A DNA stretch of 64,000 bases from Saccostrea cucullata (lineage: Eukaryota). The translations under genes and the position numbers were made by a program. The number at the start of each line of letters is the position of its first letter. The stretch's first letter is position 1. The notes beneath the pieces are model-generated. The model was given only the letters and a program-made list of their open reading frames with translations. It did no database searches and was not told where the DNA came from. The DNA lies in the NCBI RefSeq assembly GCF_032062105.1, contig NW_026933545.1:124001-188000 (forward strand). Reading direction: 5' to 3'. Shown here in pieces: positions 48,761-63,240 of the stretch.

Positions 48761-50226
48761 TTAAGGACTACTGGGCCGACGTGGACCGATGTTTGGGCAT
48801 CGTTCACACCACGGATTACTACCGATTACCACCGGTCTACGGCTACCGGCCGGGAAATGTGACCTAGGCATTAGAATACCTCCAATATACTCGCAATGTA
48901 GCAAAAAATTGCAGAATCGCTCCGAAACGATTTTGAAGAATACAAAAGGATTTGCACTGAAAATAACTTCCAAATTAATTATAACAAACCTTTTTGGGGT
49001 TGCGAAAGTATTAAATTAATTTACAACTGTCTGATTGCCGTACGCAATTTTTGCATCGCTCTCCTTCCTACAGTTTTTGCCTGACTTCAATAAAATTTGG
49101 TACACATGTGGAACATACTAAGATGCAGAATCTGTTTTTCATTTTTGTATTTTTATTTCAAGGAACAGTGTTTCCATGGTTACAAAAAACGGCAACTTTG
49201 AGAAAGGGAACTTCCTAACAAAACATGGATATTTTATATTCATTTACTTTCAGTAGAATGTTATTAATGAATAAAATTATCTGCCTGGTCCCAGCAATCT
49301 GCATATAAGTATTCACAACACCCTGTTATGTACTCGAAGATACATTATTATTAGTTTATCATTAAGTTTAAGATGACGGTCAAGGGGAGAGTATGACAAA
49401 GAACTATGCACACTAACCCTCTATTCAATAAAAATGACACTTTTGCATTAAATTACAAACAAGAGTTAACTAGTGAATGAATTATAATATTGATACCATT
49501 GTTAAGTTGTTAATTGCTCTTAACTACAACTCTTTGTATAAGGGGGAAGGGGTAGAAGATGTATATCCATTGTAAAAGTTTTAAACATCACCAGATTTAA
49601 AAATAGTTTTCATATTTTAAAATTCTCATAGATATGGATAAATGATCCTTCAATTTCTTTTAATTTTCACTTTACTTCACTAATGTAAAATAAAATATTT
49701 TTTTTATCTGTAAACATACACCCAGCTGTCTGTCTACGTTTCCGACGAACAACGCAGTACAGTACATGGGCTAGTAATCTGATCTGATTTTAATCTTATT
49801 GAGACGAGAAGCATTTTTTTAAATATGTGTATCGGGGAGGGGGGGTTACCGACGAGTAAAAAAGGGGAAACGAAACTTAGGCATGGAATGGAAACAAAAG
49901 TGGAGCTGGCAAATGGAGCAGCCTTTAAAAATGTCCTTACTAAAGAAACACTAAAAGACTATTCTCGTGTGACATACTTCCTAAAAAAAAGTGCATCAGG
50001 TTGAGTCCAGTTGAGTCACAATCTTGATCATGCTATCTGTACAAGTATATTTGAGTGGTTTGTGTTGTGGATAACGATTTAGATAGCTCAGCTGACACTG
50101 TAGTGCACTTGACAGGTGATACTGTAGACATACTTTTTTCCACGGGGTCATAATTCCGTCTCTAATTCTGTTCAATCCGCTGGTAGAAAATTACGCGGAC
50201 ATCATAAGACTCTCTTTATATGGCTT

Positions 50227-50255
50227 ATAGAATAGAATAGAATAGAATAGAATAG
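50227..50255. repeat. (ATAGA)n microsatellite
   Basis: Seen directly. Confidence 0.9.
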
Positions 50256-50519
50256 CATTATTTCCAATCATGATCCCACTGGGGGCATAACACAGATACA
50301 AGTATATTATCACATAAAATAGAGACAATGTACATAATAAAACATTAAACCAATTTACTTATGGTGGTATGCAAATATTATAAATACAACATAGTAATAT
50401 TTAAAAAATCATATACAATATTTTGATAAAAAGCCATATTAACTTTTCATTAATGAACATAATAAAAAGATTGAAAAATCTATGTGTTATGCATTTAATA
50501 ATTAAACATGGTGGTAAGG

Positions 50520-51135
50520 TGAGAGAGAGAGATAAAGAGAGAGTAGATATATTGGGGAGAGAGAGAGAGAGGTCAGTGGGTAGAGAGAGAGTGGGAGAGA
50601 GTGAGTGGGGAGAGAGAGAAAGGTCAGTGGGTAGAGAGTGAGTGGGGAGAGAGAGAGAGAGAGAGAGGGGGGTCAGTGGGTAGAGAGTGAGTGGGGAGAG
50701 AGAGAGGTCAGTGGGTAGAGAGTGAGTGGGGAGAGAGAGATCAGTGGGTAGAGAATGCGGAGAGAGAGAGAGAGAGTTGCATTAGAGAGTGAGTGGGGAG
50801 AGAGAGAGAGAGAGGGGTCAGTGGGTAGAGAGTGAGTGGGGAGAGAGAGGTCAGTGGGTAGAGAATGGAGAGAGAGAGATAGTGGGTAGAGAGTATGGAG
50901 AGAGAGAGAGACATGGGTAGAGTGAGTGGAGAGAGAGAGAGAGAGAGAGAGAGAGGTCAGCGGGTAGAGAGTGAGCTGGGAGAGAGAGAAAGGTCAGTGG
51001 GTAGAGAGTGAGTGGGAGAGAGTGAGTGGGGGAGAGAGAGAGGGAGTGGGGAAGGAGTGAATGAGGAGAAGGGAGAGTGAGTTGGGGAGAGTGAGTGCGG
51101 GAGAGGGAGATAGAAAGAGAGTGGGGAGAGAGTAG
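50520..51135. repeat. Purine-rich (GA)n-derived minisatellite 'ggtcagtgggtagagagtgagtgggga(ga)n'
   Basis: About a dozen variable units. It explains the spurious ORFs here. Confidence 0.9.
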
Positions 51136-51287
51136 ATGTCCCATGTGCATTCCAATAGTCCCCCGTCCATTGAAGTTAAACACAAAGACAGCCGCACAAA
51201 ATTTACATGCATATTTAGGCCTCTTAGCGTGACACAAAGACAGATGCACTAGATTTACATGTACATTAGGCCTCCTTGCAAGACGGA

Positions 51288-51935
51288 ACAAGATGTGTTT
51301 GTGAAACTACGCGCCCGGCGGCAACAAAGTTCGAAAAGCTGTGTTTAGCATATAGGTCACAGTCAATGTCACAAGGTCATTGACCTTGGTGTCATTAAAA
51401 GAACTTGATTAGTGGAGTATGCATACCAAATATCAAGTCTATATCTCCTATGCTTTAAAAGTTACGTTGAAGATACGAAAAGGCTATTTTTAGCATACAA
51501 GTCACAGGTGTTATTTGAAAGAGCTTTATTACTGGGTACGCATAACAAATATGAAGTCTCTATCTTTCATGGTTCAAAAGTTATGACGAAGGTTAATGTT
51601 TGCAGATAAAAAACTTATTTTACCATATTGGTGTCATTTGAAAGAGGTGTTAATTATTGGAATATGCGTACCAAATATGAAGTCTCTATCTTTCATGGTT
51701 TAGAAGTTATGGCGAAGGTTAAAGTTTGCAAACAAAAGCTATTTTTAGCATATAGGTTACAGTCAAGGTCACAAGGTCATTGACCTTGTTGTCATTTGAA
51801 AGAGCTTAATTAGTGGATTATGCACACCAAATATGAAGTCTCTATCTTGCATGGTTCAAAAGTTATGGGGAAGGTTAAAGTTTGCAGACAAACAGATAAA
51901 CAGACAGGACATGGATCTATCGATATGGGTGCATA
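51288..51935 (-). mobile_element. HINE-like element with 'caaggtcattgaccttgg' repeats
   Basis: Starts with the hairpin 'aacaagatgtgtttgtgaaac', followed by tandem units and 'gacaaacaga' near the other end. Confidence 0.6.
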
Positions 51936-53242
51936 AAAATACAGACACGCGAAAACAGTATAGGACATGCATACCTTTAAAATATAGAATGTTTTCTTTC
52001 TTTTTATTTACTATTTCATATAAAATGTAACAAGTAAATAAGAAATAATTATCGTAGCAAAAATGTTCAAGCTGGACGAAAGTTACAGCAATCAAAATAC
52101 ATGTGCAGGGAAAAGAGAGAGAGAAACTTCATCCAATAGAGAGAGGGAGAGAGAAATGAATTCAAGGAGAGAGAGTAATTTTGATTTATAAACACAGAGA
52201 GGCGGTGTAAAGACGAATAATGACCCCCATCGGATAATGACCGGGGGGGAGACAAAAAATGGGTAGAAAAAAAAATCATTTTTTGTAGAAAAAGTGAGAG
52301 GTCATTATTTTATATGTTAGTCCTATAAAAAATTGAGCCCCATTGAAAAATGACCCCCTTTAGAGTGAAAAGAGATTCTTTAATTGTCAAATTGTCAAGT
52401 AAATAAAATTTCTTTTTAATATTCCTCCTTATAGTGTTTGCTTAAAGAATGATATTCCACTTGTTTTTAGAAATCAAACCATGCAACAATCAGGTTCCAA
52501 TACTCTTTAATAGAAGAATTAATTTTTCTTTCATTTCAACTTTTAGCTTGTATAAGTTTGGCAAATCCTATTTGACAATGAAATAGGAGGAAATTTTTAA
52601 ACCCCCCCCCAAAAAAAATTACTTTAAATCAAAACAAACAAAAAATAAATGAAAAGCAAAAATATATATAAAACTCTATATACCTTTCAATAATAGAGAG
52701 GCTTGATAAAATATTGAAATGAAGTTAAGCCTTCACACAAGTTGTATCATATCATAATTTACTTCGCCATGATTAAAGCATTCTTTAAATGTTGGTGGGG
52801 GTATACTTGAAAGTATTGTGGCAAAGTAACAGTTGAAAATAAGTAGAATAGTTGATTATTTTAAGCTTATTTTTAGTCTCTCCTTATAGAAAAATAAAGG
52901 TAGGGTAGTTTTTTTGTTGTTGCTTTTGTTGATAATCAACTTCCTCCTAAATAAGTAAGGGGGTGGGGTGGGTATAACACCTAAAAATATGCTCTGTAAA
53001 GCTATGGGCTAGTGTAAAATACACATTCTAATGCAAAAACTGTATATGTAGACATAACTTTTTGATTTAGCACACAGTATTCATTACATTTCTTAATTCT
53101 TGTTTTACACCACGATTTTACCCAGTTCTGAGTATATTTTTCAGAGAATTTAATATGAAAATCAGAACAAACATTTTCATTTTTATAACGTCTTCTTTAT
53201 ACTGTATCATAATATGAAAAGTTAATTGAAGACCATTTCTTT

Positions 53243-53810
53243 TTATGTCCCTGTAATCGAAGACCGGGGGTATATAGTTTTATCGTGTCGTCTGTATCTA
53301 TCCGCCGGTCTGTTTCTCCGCAAAAACTTTAACCTTTACCATAACTTGTCATTTATTGTAGCTTTGTCTTTCATATTCAATATGTGTACATTCCTTGTGA
53401 CAAGACCTTACTTTGGGTACCAACAAGTTTGACCTTTTGACCTTTACCTTGGAGTTTGTCCCATTTTACACAAAAATGCCAAATTTTTATTTCATTTACT
53501 TTGGCTATAACTTTTGAACGGTAGATACTAGTACTCTCATACTTCACAAATGTAATCCTTGTTACATTAAACCTTTCTTAAGAAACCATCAACTTTGACC
53601 CTTTGACCTTTGAGTTTGACCTACCTTTCAAACACTTATCCTTAGCCATTAATTTTGAACAAGTGGTGCTAGGGCTTTCCTATTTTGCAATTGTATTTCT
53701 TGTGAGAAGGCCCTACTTTGGGTACCATTATATTTAAATTGCCTTTAAGAAAAGTTTAATCTTCGCTATGTTGCCATACAGGGGCATAGCTGTTTTACAA
53801 ATACATCTTT
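53243..53810 (+). mobile_element. HINE-like element
   Basis: 5' 'tttatgtccctgtaatcgaagaccgggggtatata', 'tttgacc' repeats, and 3' 'ggggcatagctgttttacaaatacatcttttt'. Confidence 0.6.
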
Positions 53811-54636
53811 TTATATATAAGAGGAGTTGCGGATAACAGATGGATACCCCAAAGCGTAACAGCAAGACGGACATCCCAATCAATATACACCCTCCCGCTT
53901 TTCAAGCGGAGGATAAAATAATATATGATACTGCTGATTTTTTCTGTCAGTACGATGATTCCCACTATCGAAAAACAATGTTTACCTAACCCTTTAGGCT
54001 CGATAAATCTTTACTCCTTTAGATTCTGAACCATCGCATTGACCTTAAAATATAGTTATAATCGTATGTTATGAGATCAACATATCATCAATTTACTCCA
54101 AATAAGCTCAGGTGAGCATTTTGGCAAATATGCTTCTTTATCTAATTTTTTTTTGCCCCCTAAAAATTTCAGCTTTAATCAACAGGGAGTCATTTTTCTA
54201 CGGGGGTCATTTTTCTTCACGTGGGTTCTGCAAATTTTTAGGGTGGTGACAATTCAAGGCAAAAGGGTATTTTTCAAAGGACAACATCTTTTTTACTTCG
54301 AAAAATAGTAATTTTGATTTATAAACACAGAGAGGGGCTCTTTTTTGTGACATAACTCCACTTCAGAAAGATTACATTGAAGTCTTTTATAGTGCAATTT
54401 ACAAAGAAAACTTATCACTGGTGTTTAATCATATCATTTATTTGTTTATTATACAGAAGACCTTTTAACTACATTTAAAACTTATTGACGGAGAAGTATT
54501 TAAAAAGCCTTTCACTCAAACAATACAAAAAACAGTGATTCGAAACAATGATCTCAACGATTCTATCACACTAATGCACAACTGAATTAGGTTTTGACAA
54601 CATGAAGGTCCATTCCTTCTAGTTAAAATATGAAAA

Positions 54637-57600
54637 ATGAATGTAGCTGTAGTTATTACAGTACAGATTGGAATATCTAGTCATTTATATAGTCAAGTTG
54701 GTAAGTTATAATGGATGAGCAATCACTACTTTGTTCTTGTAAAAACAAATTAATTTGTTTACATTTTTTCCAGTCGGTCTCTGCAGTTTTCCACAGGAAT
54801 GGGATGGCCTTTGGTATGACAGCCGTAAAAAGGAAGTGACATTAAATCGGACAACGTCAGCTGTTCAGTCTGGCTGGACTCTGACTGCGTACACCTCCAC
54901 CGTGACGTCATGGACATGCGTGGAACAGTCCATTGATAAATATTTGATGAAGTGAGTTATTTTCAATTCCATATTAACAAGCCATTTTTAATAAGTGAAA
55001 CAACATTATGTTTTTAATCTATATTCAGAAGCGACCAGGAGGTGGACGTGTTTGGAGCACCAAATGCCGCGTACCTGTGTCTGACAGTCACGAAAGTTAC
55101 AGATGTGTCGTACAGGTATACGATAATAGCAGGTGAGTAGATTATTTTTCTAATTACACGTGAACAGGTGAACATATGAATGTAAAATGCGTCCCAAGCC
55201 TTTTATCATTTGATTTATACACATAATTTTGTAAAAATTATGTTCTGTTACTTAGAGATAAAACGAAATACTTCCAGTTTATTATGAGATGTTAAAACAT
55301 TTCAAAATGATTATCGACATCGAACTTGTATTCGGATCACATCAATAGGGTTTTCTTTTTTCCAAAGATGGAAGTGTTTCTTATCACATGCTCCCTTCAA
55401 ACATGTAACATACAAGACTCTTCTTTTTAGATGAACAAACAAATGCTGGAAATGAAAGAGTCTCTGTGATTGCCACTACAAGAAATGCCTCCATATCGAG
55501 TGATTGCACAGCAGTTAGTCCGCCCGGCCCTGAGGAGTTTCACGTTCTTGTCAAAGCAGGTAACAGACATGATTGGGAAAGTATAATGATAGAGATAAAT
55601 TCATATATTAAATTTGTGCTTTCTTATTGGCCGACCAGTTTCTGGAGCAAAGTCTATGCAAAAACTACATGGGAGAATTAAAAAAAACCAGTTCTTCTGG
55701 TTGCCTTCAAACCGATATATCACAATTTTTATCAATTACCAATAGCTCCTTTCATACACATGTCGACGAAATGAATCACAATGCACTCCAAATTATTTCA
55801 AGAAACCAAAGAGTCATTACATTTACATATTACTTATTACAATTGTTTCAAAGTTTAATATTTTACTGAATACAAACTATGGACGACGATAGTTACTAGT
55901 ATATGGCAAAAATGAATGACTTCAGTTTCTTTCATCGACAACTCCCATTATTTATGCAGTAATATTCCACACCTTCATATCGCGTTTATTTTTACCCACT
56001 GATTTTGAGTCATATTCTGAGTACAATCATTTTAAATCTACAGGCAAATAAGTTGATGTTCCAGGTATTTCAGTAACAACGTTTGTCAACATTTACAAAT
56101 TCTGTGGCTTTGACATTGTCATTACCATTAATCAGTCGATGGGTCCTGCATACCACTTGTTAGATTAATAATTCTATTCCTAATTTGACTGCGGATTACT
56201 TTATACATAATACTATAAGTCGCAAGAATGTGTGACTGGTCGGTAGACTAAGTTTACTCCTTCTACTTACTTGATTCCATAATGTCCAAGATGCATGCCC
56301 GATTTTTTGTCCATTTTCTTTACCTGGGATATTGAGATTCAAAACTATACCTATTTTCACTTACTTAACTTGAAACATATATTTTTGGCAATCATGTCAT
56401 TTTCAAAAAGTAGAAATAAATGTGACGACATCAAAATCAGCCGTTTTCTTGAGATGATTATTCGTACGTGTAAGAACTTTCAATTATTTTGTAGATAATG
56501 TTTCCGACGCGAAACAGTACTTTCCAGAACCCTTGTTGGCGACTCTTTATAATTCTAACTACGCGAGAACTAATTCGACATGCGACTCTGACGTCGTATT
56601 AGACATGTGTTCTGATAGGTATATCATGAACCGCACAGAATGTTCAACAAGTAGCGGGCAAGTTTGTAAGTATGCATAGCTACAAGCAGAGTTAACATAC
56701 TAGTAATTCAACAGTCTTTATTCAGTTCTTTTAGTAATAAAATCTTATAATAACCACCAATGCATTGTTTTTATCAATCAAAAAAATTGTTTAGAAATGT
56801 TATCTTTTATGTAAGTTCTTATCCACTTTCATCGATAACGCAATAAATTGAAATTGATCTTTTTATATAGTAGGTGCATTATACTTTTGTATTACATACG
56901 TACAAGATGGCGAGATGTTTTTTGTGTCGATGCTCGACCCTGATGTCACCGGAAGTAACCAACAACACTTGAAATGTTATGTAAGTACATCTTAAAATAA
57001 TATTTTTATGCATTTATCGATCTTAGCTCACCTATGATGGAAGCTCAAATGAGTTTTTCTGATCACATTTTGACCCTCGTCCATCTGTAAACTTTTCATA
57101 TTTTCGACTTCTTTTCAAGAATAACAATTTCAACCACCATATTTGCCAAAACCAGGTGAAGGAGATTCAAGTTTGTTTAAATAAAGATCCAAAACCTCTC
57201 TCAATGTGTGGATAATTATTAAGAAATGATGAAAACTGAAATTTTCTCAAAAACAACTGGTCCAGCAAAGTTGATACTGATGGAAAAGCAGTATTTCATA
57301 ATGTAGATTAAAGTTCGTTCAAATAACCCCATCCCCGGGAGTTGGTTGGGATCAAAACAAGCATCGGAATCTTTACATACGGATATAAAGGAAATCTTTA
57401 GAAACCCTTTTTTCAAGAACAATTGACATACAAGAGTTAAATCTAAAGTGAAAACATTATACTTTATGTAGATTAAAATTTGTATGCACAATGAACGATC
57501 AAAATATATTTTAGCAATACAAATAGCATGATTAGTCATTTCTACTCTACCATTTACGAAAGCGTTTACTAACAGTCTAATATGGTCATCAAACTGGTGA

Positions 57601-59826
57601 GCTAGTTTTATTTGCAAGCTTATGCGATTGTAGCCAAACAACCAGTCTGGCAAATCTAAGTTCGTTACATGTATATAGTTATCTTCATGGTTTGGATAAA
57701 CTTTTCTGTACTCCCTTTTTTGTTTGATTTAATAGTTGATCCCACTTTCCACAAATAATGGAAAAGTTGTCAGTGATAGTCACTTGGTTGATGTTTAGTA
57801 GTATAACCAGTCTCTCAAAGTGCTTCTTTATCTTGTAGTTAATTCTGATTCATTATTTGTTTGAACATATGTATATACAAATTAAAAAATCTATATAAAT
57901 ATTTTATTAAATTGATTTAAAGCTAAAATTTAAAAATTATTAATTTACCGGTAATTTAGGCGGTAATGAAATTGAATGACCAGATATACATCAGCGATAA
58001 TAATGGGAGTTGTGCCAAAGGTCAAGATCCAAATGTAAGACAAGTAAACGGGACTGAGACTCTTGTTATGTACGCAAATGGTACGTTTGTTAACCATACT
58101 TTTTGTGATACATGTACTTCATTTGTTTTAAATTATGGATTGTGAAAAAAAATAATAGAAAAATCATGTACTATCTGATTTCCCTTTCTTGTTTCTTTGT
58201 AGTGCTATGTCGTAAGTATAAAACTATTACTTCTTTATCTGATATTCTGGATGGGACATCTTTGGTAATCTCTCAACATTTCTCAACAAGAAAGATTATA
58301 TTTCTTATCTTTAATGATTTAATTTTACAGCATTCACAACAAGCCCGAATGAAGAGGATGTTGACATCGGTTTAATTATTGGATGCGTAATAGCAAGCAT
58401 TATTTTCATTGGAATAGTCATTGCAATCATAATTATTTGTCTGCGAAAGAAATACAGAGAGAAAATACGAAAAACATTTTGTTCCAAATGCAAGCACAAG
58501 GTCCAGCAAAAAGGTAATAAAAAATATATATAATTGTCAAAGAAGTAACACTTCAACCTGCTAGATTTAAAATATATATAAATTAGAATTAACCTGCAAA
58601 CAAGTCAGAGATGTATGCAAGTGTAAATATCTTCTTTGAAATAAGACAAAGTATTCTTCATTTTAGATGACGAAAGACAAGAACTCTCTGAAAAGGAGAA
58701 AACACAGTCAAATGGAACAGATGATACTGATGAAACCAACAATAATGAAGATCAAACCAAATCAATTTTATTTGATGAAGTGAAAAATTCCACACAAAAA
58801 GTCAGCGGCGAAGTTCTGACAACTGCAGAAGGGGAGGGTGCTTCTGATGAAAACAGCAGAAATCTCATTATGACTCCAGTTGAACTTTTGGACAACACAT
58901 TTGAAGATATAGAAGTTGGGAAAGCGCCAGTGGATGTACAAAAATATTCAAAATCGGGTATAGTTGTTGACCATGCTAATTTACTGAGTGAAATAGAGGA
59001 TGAGGACTCTGCTTTTAGGGTCAAGGAAAGTGAAAAAGAGAAGAAGTCCGTCATAAGTCGTCAAAACACCGAAGAGGATATGGAACAATTGCGGAGAATA
59101 AACAGAGAAGTTAATTCAGAGAAGCACTTATTCATTAAAGAAAACATGCCTCTTGATAATGAAATGTCAACCAGCGAACAAATATACTTCCAAAAGAGCG
59201 TTTTTGCAAAACAAAATGTTGAAGCAGAAATGTACTTAAATGAACCCATAGACGAATCTGATGACCATGCTATATTATCAAGCAGCTTACCTGTGATATT
59301 GGAGGCTCACGAAGGGATTTCTTATTTAAACTCACTAGGTGTTACATCTAGCCCTATTCATACGACAAGTTTTGTACCAGATAATCCACAGACAAAGAAA
59401 GATAATGATGGAATGGAAGACACGGGGGAAATCAAAGGAATGGTTATTGAAGATTTGGATTTTTCTTTGACAGAAGAGCAAATTATGGCAAGATCGAGCC
59501 TTTCATCAGCTTTGACCTCAAGACTTAGTTCAAGGATGACACCGACATCCGAAATACTGGCAAAAGAGTTGAGAAAAGTACTATCTCCCTCTAAACGAAT
59601 TTCAAAGAAGAAAAACAAACCAAGAGCATCGTCCAAATTGTCTTTTCACTCAGCTCCGGAAATGAGAAGTAGGATAAAGGAATGTTCAGAGAGATATCAA
59701 ATAAAGCCTGTTCTTAGACGTGCTTCTACTAAAATGTCCATACTTAAAATTGCAACTATAAAACGCAAATTAAAAGATATGGGAAATGAACCAAGAGCTC
59801 CCAAAATGAAATTTCGATGGATTTGA
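54637..59826 (+). CDS. Uncharacterised single-pass type-I membrane protein (~739 aa). Exons 54637-54700, 54774-54951, 55029-55132, 55431-55559, 56495-56665, 56871-56980, 57960-58080, 58331-58513, 58667-59826
   Basis: Nine GT-AG exons join in frame (2220 nt). The ectodomain starts CSFPQEWDGLW. The transmembrane segment IGLIIGCVIASIIFIGIVIAIIIICL is followed by RKK and a long acidic, then basic, tail. Confidence 0.75.
57021..57490 (+). mobile_element. Degenerate 5' part of a HINE of the 714-2169 family, intronic
   Basis: 'ttagctcacct...gctcaaatgagtttttctgatcacattttg...ctgtaaacttttcatattttcgacttc'. Confidence 0.7.
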
Positions 59827-60059
59827 TGAATCAGTATACATGTCTAACAAAGCCTGTTTAATTTGAACTGATAAAAAACAAAGAAATGCGAAATAAAACC
59901 CTCAGACTCTTTGAAAAAAATATTAGAATCAGAAATTACAAAATATGATTTAGTCAGTTGATAATAATTATGACAAACCATTGTATGTTCAAAAACATAA
60001 AGAAACAAAAACTTAAATCAAAAACCTGTTTGAAATAGTTACTACTTGATTCATTTAGA

Positions 60060-60247
60060 CATATCATTATTTCCCGATCATGACAAGGAGCACATGGCGG
60101 GTGTGACCGGTCGGCAGGGGATGCTCACTCTTTCCTGGCACCTGATCCCACCTCTGACATTTTGGAGTTCTGTGTTTGCTCTTCCCGTATTTGTATGGTT
60201 ATATGGACGTTTGATCTTGAATACTGTTCGTTATCTCCATATGTTTC
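60060..60247 (+). mobile_element. Solo 3' segment of the Penelope-like family
   Basis: 'cccgatcatgacaaggagcacatggcgggtgtgaccggtcggcaggggatgctcact...cacctgatcccacctctg'. Confidence 0.7.
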
Positions 60248-61809
60248 ATCATATCGTAGTACAAAGTGTTTGGAAGAAGATTTTTATAGGCTTGACTGGA
60301 ACTCTTCAGCGCCAGAAATTTAAATGAATCAAATCCTTGAATTTGTTTGTTTATAGTACAGTGTAATAGAAGAGTGATGTAAGATGAATTCCAAAGCGGT
60401 AGACATTTCAACAGTAGTCTTTCTGTATGGATTTTGGCTGAGATCAAATCTGATCAGTAATTATTTTGTAATATAATGTCTTGCATCTACACATATTTAA
60501 CTACAGTGTTAATGTTAATAAAGTTGCAACCTCGCTGTGTTTAATTCGAGTTTCTGATTTCACCCTGCCTGGGAACACTGTTTTTTTTCTGTTTTTAGAA
60601 GCTCATTTTGACTTTGGCTTCTTATAAGGACATGTACAAGGATATTCAATTTGAAAAAAAGACTGTTTATGTTAAGTTGTAATTACATGGAATGTCATGA
60701 AGATTTCAATATCAATCACATTTCTTTCCACAGTTCTTTTGTTTTTTTCAAATCCGACGCTCTTACGAGTAGCTCTTTTAATTGCAAGGCCAAGTGTTTT
60801 GTTCTTTTTCGCCTTTAACTTGACGGTTTAATGATCGATCCTTTCCTTCATAGGTCAAAACTGGTTGTTAAATATTTAATACAGGTTATTATAGGAAAAA
60901 GTCTCGAAATTGAATGTGATCCTTCATTGGTTTCTAGGAACTCCTTGTCATTGATTTTTAACATTCTGAGTATGTTCCTGCAACCGGATCTTTATTTACT
61001 CTTAAGAGCATATAAATAGAAATGCAAAAATCAGGATGGTTAAAGCACTTGTCATTAGGCGTAATTTTTTAAAGTAGTCCTTTGATCTACACCCCTTAAA
61101 AATTGATCAGACACTCATTTACTTTGAAGTTCATTTTCAAATCTCCATTAAATTTTGTTCTAATGATTGATGTCTTGTTTGGAAAAATTCTTACGTAACT
61201 GAATAAAGTAAACACAATACAAGTAGAGCTTTTTTAAAAAGCTTCTCGTCTTTAGCAACAATCTTAAACTGTAAACTGATCTACACCTATCAGGCCGTAT
61301 AATTCTTTTGAATTTCTTGATTTTGTATTTCTACATTAGCTTTTTACTGGCATTAGCCCTACCACGGTTGTCGCTCGGTCATCTCCGTAAATGATTCCAT
61401 TTCCTTCTTCAAACAAGAAAGGGGAAAAGAATAATAACAAATTGTAAAGCCTGCAAGCAATAAAAATCAAATTTTATTTATAATGAAGTTAAAGAGATCT
61501 TTTTTATTTTTTGCTATACAAAAAATCATGTTATTAGGAATTAATTACTGCTGACTTTGTTGTTGGTTTTGTCATTTTTTTTAAGATTGAAAATCTTGCA
61601 AAATTGTTAAGTCGTACGAAAATTAGATCATCAGAAAGTTATCTCCCTTGCCTTGAACAGCATTTCAACCAATGAAATAATTGAAAATTTTCTCATCATT
61701 TTTCTACCAATCACAAAAGAGAGGAAGTGCATAGTCCGAAGACTGTAAAAAACTTCAACTATACAATACCGTCTTCCAAGGAAGACGGTAATAACATTCG
61801 ATCATGCCA

Positions 61810-63240
61810 CATTTGCCAACATTTATTAAGGCACTTAAGCTCACTTGGATCAGGAGGTTAATATATGCAGATTCTACCTGGTCTAGAAAAAAGTAGAATA
61901 TTTATGGAATCTACAGGCTGTAATATTACAAAACTTTTACAGTTTGGATCAGAATATGCCTTATATTTTAGTAAAACAACAAATAACATGTTTTGGAAAG
62001 AAGTTCTTTCTGACTATAAAGAATTTATTAATTTATTTGAACCTGAAAATATTCTTCAGGTCTTGAGAGAACCTTTATGGTTAAACAGTAGTATCAGAGT
62101 ACAAAGTAAATCTGTTTTTTACAAACAGTTATATGCAAAAGGCTTTCATATTGTGTCTGATCTATTGGATACCGAAGGTAATTTGTTATCCTTTAATTGT
62201 ATATCCATTAATTATGATGTTTTAATCCCATTTACTAATTATGAAGGGCTTAGACTTTCCATTTTGATAAAATGGCCTGAAGTTAAACAATGTAACATCA
62301 GCTATTGGAATAAACATTTACACATATTCAGGTCCTTTTATGATGATTCCGGCTGTAAATCATTATACAATTTCTTTCTATCTAAGAGTTATAACCAACC
62401 TGTATGTGTTACAAAATGGACAAGAGATTTAGGTTTGCAGAATGACTTTAACTGGAGAGATCTTTTTACAAACTTGAAATACATAAGTAAAGATTCAAAT
62501 CTCAAATAGTTCAATTATAAGATGATACATAGAATTCTTAGAACTTGTAAATTGTTCTTTTTATCTAAAAATTAAAGATAATCCACTGTACTCTGTCTGT
62601 AATCTTGAGCAGGAAAAAGCATCTTTTTTTATTTCTGTCTTCCTGTTAAGGGAATATGGGATTGTTTAGAAGAATTTTTTGGAAAAAATATAGACCCAAT
62701 TTCTGTTATACTAGGTATTTCTGGCAAAGAAAACACATCTTTAAATGTCATTATATTGCTTGTAAAATAGTATGTATACCAAAAATCTACAAATTGTAAA
62801 CCTTTGATATTCAACGAAGTTAAAAATGTAATATGTAAATACTATACTTTTGAAAAATACTTGTTTGCATTAAATATGGAAGACACCCAGTTCAAAAAGA
62901 GATGGCAATTGTTAGACAATCTACATGTATTTGAAAAATGATCAGCTGTATATAACATTCATAAAAGGACATTGTAATTATTACTTTTGTCTATTTTTTT
63001 TTCTTTTTTTCAGTGAATTTACTTATAGTGATAGTAAACACAGTGTAATATATAAACATGCATACATATATGTATATGTATATTGAATTATCTTTCTTGT
63101 ATAATTCATAGATAGGTGATACTGAAATGGATGAGTGAGGTGGAAGAATCAGTGAGTGAATGTTTAATAAAAATCCACAATGATTATATAAATATACTGT
63201 TATTTGAAAGTTGAAATGTGGAAATAAAAAAAAAACAAAA
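61810..63240 (+). mobile_element. 5'-truncated, decayed L1/Tx1-clade LINE (ORF2 C-terminal region plus probable 3' tail)
   Basis: FIKALKLTWIRRL at ~61822, then FWKEVL, EPLWLNSSI and LK*FNYKMIHRIL, plus a broken CCHC region. Stops and frameshifts are present. AATAAA plus an A-run at ~63223. Confidence 0.7.

Noticed and set aside
50423-51291. ORFs rich in ER/SL/HS dipeptides
   Set aside because: They are translations of the GA-rich repeat.
61865-62509. 214-aa ORF as a host gene
   Set aside because: It is the longest open stretch of a decayed LINE ORF2, flanked by stops and frameshifts.
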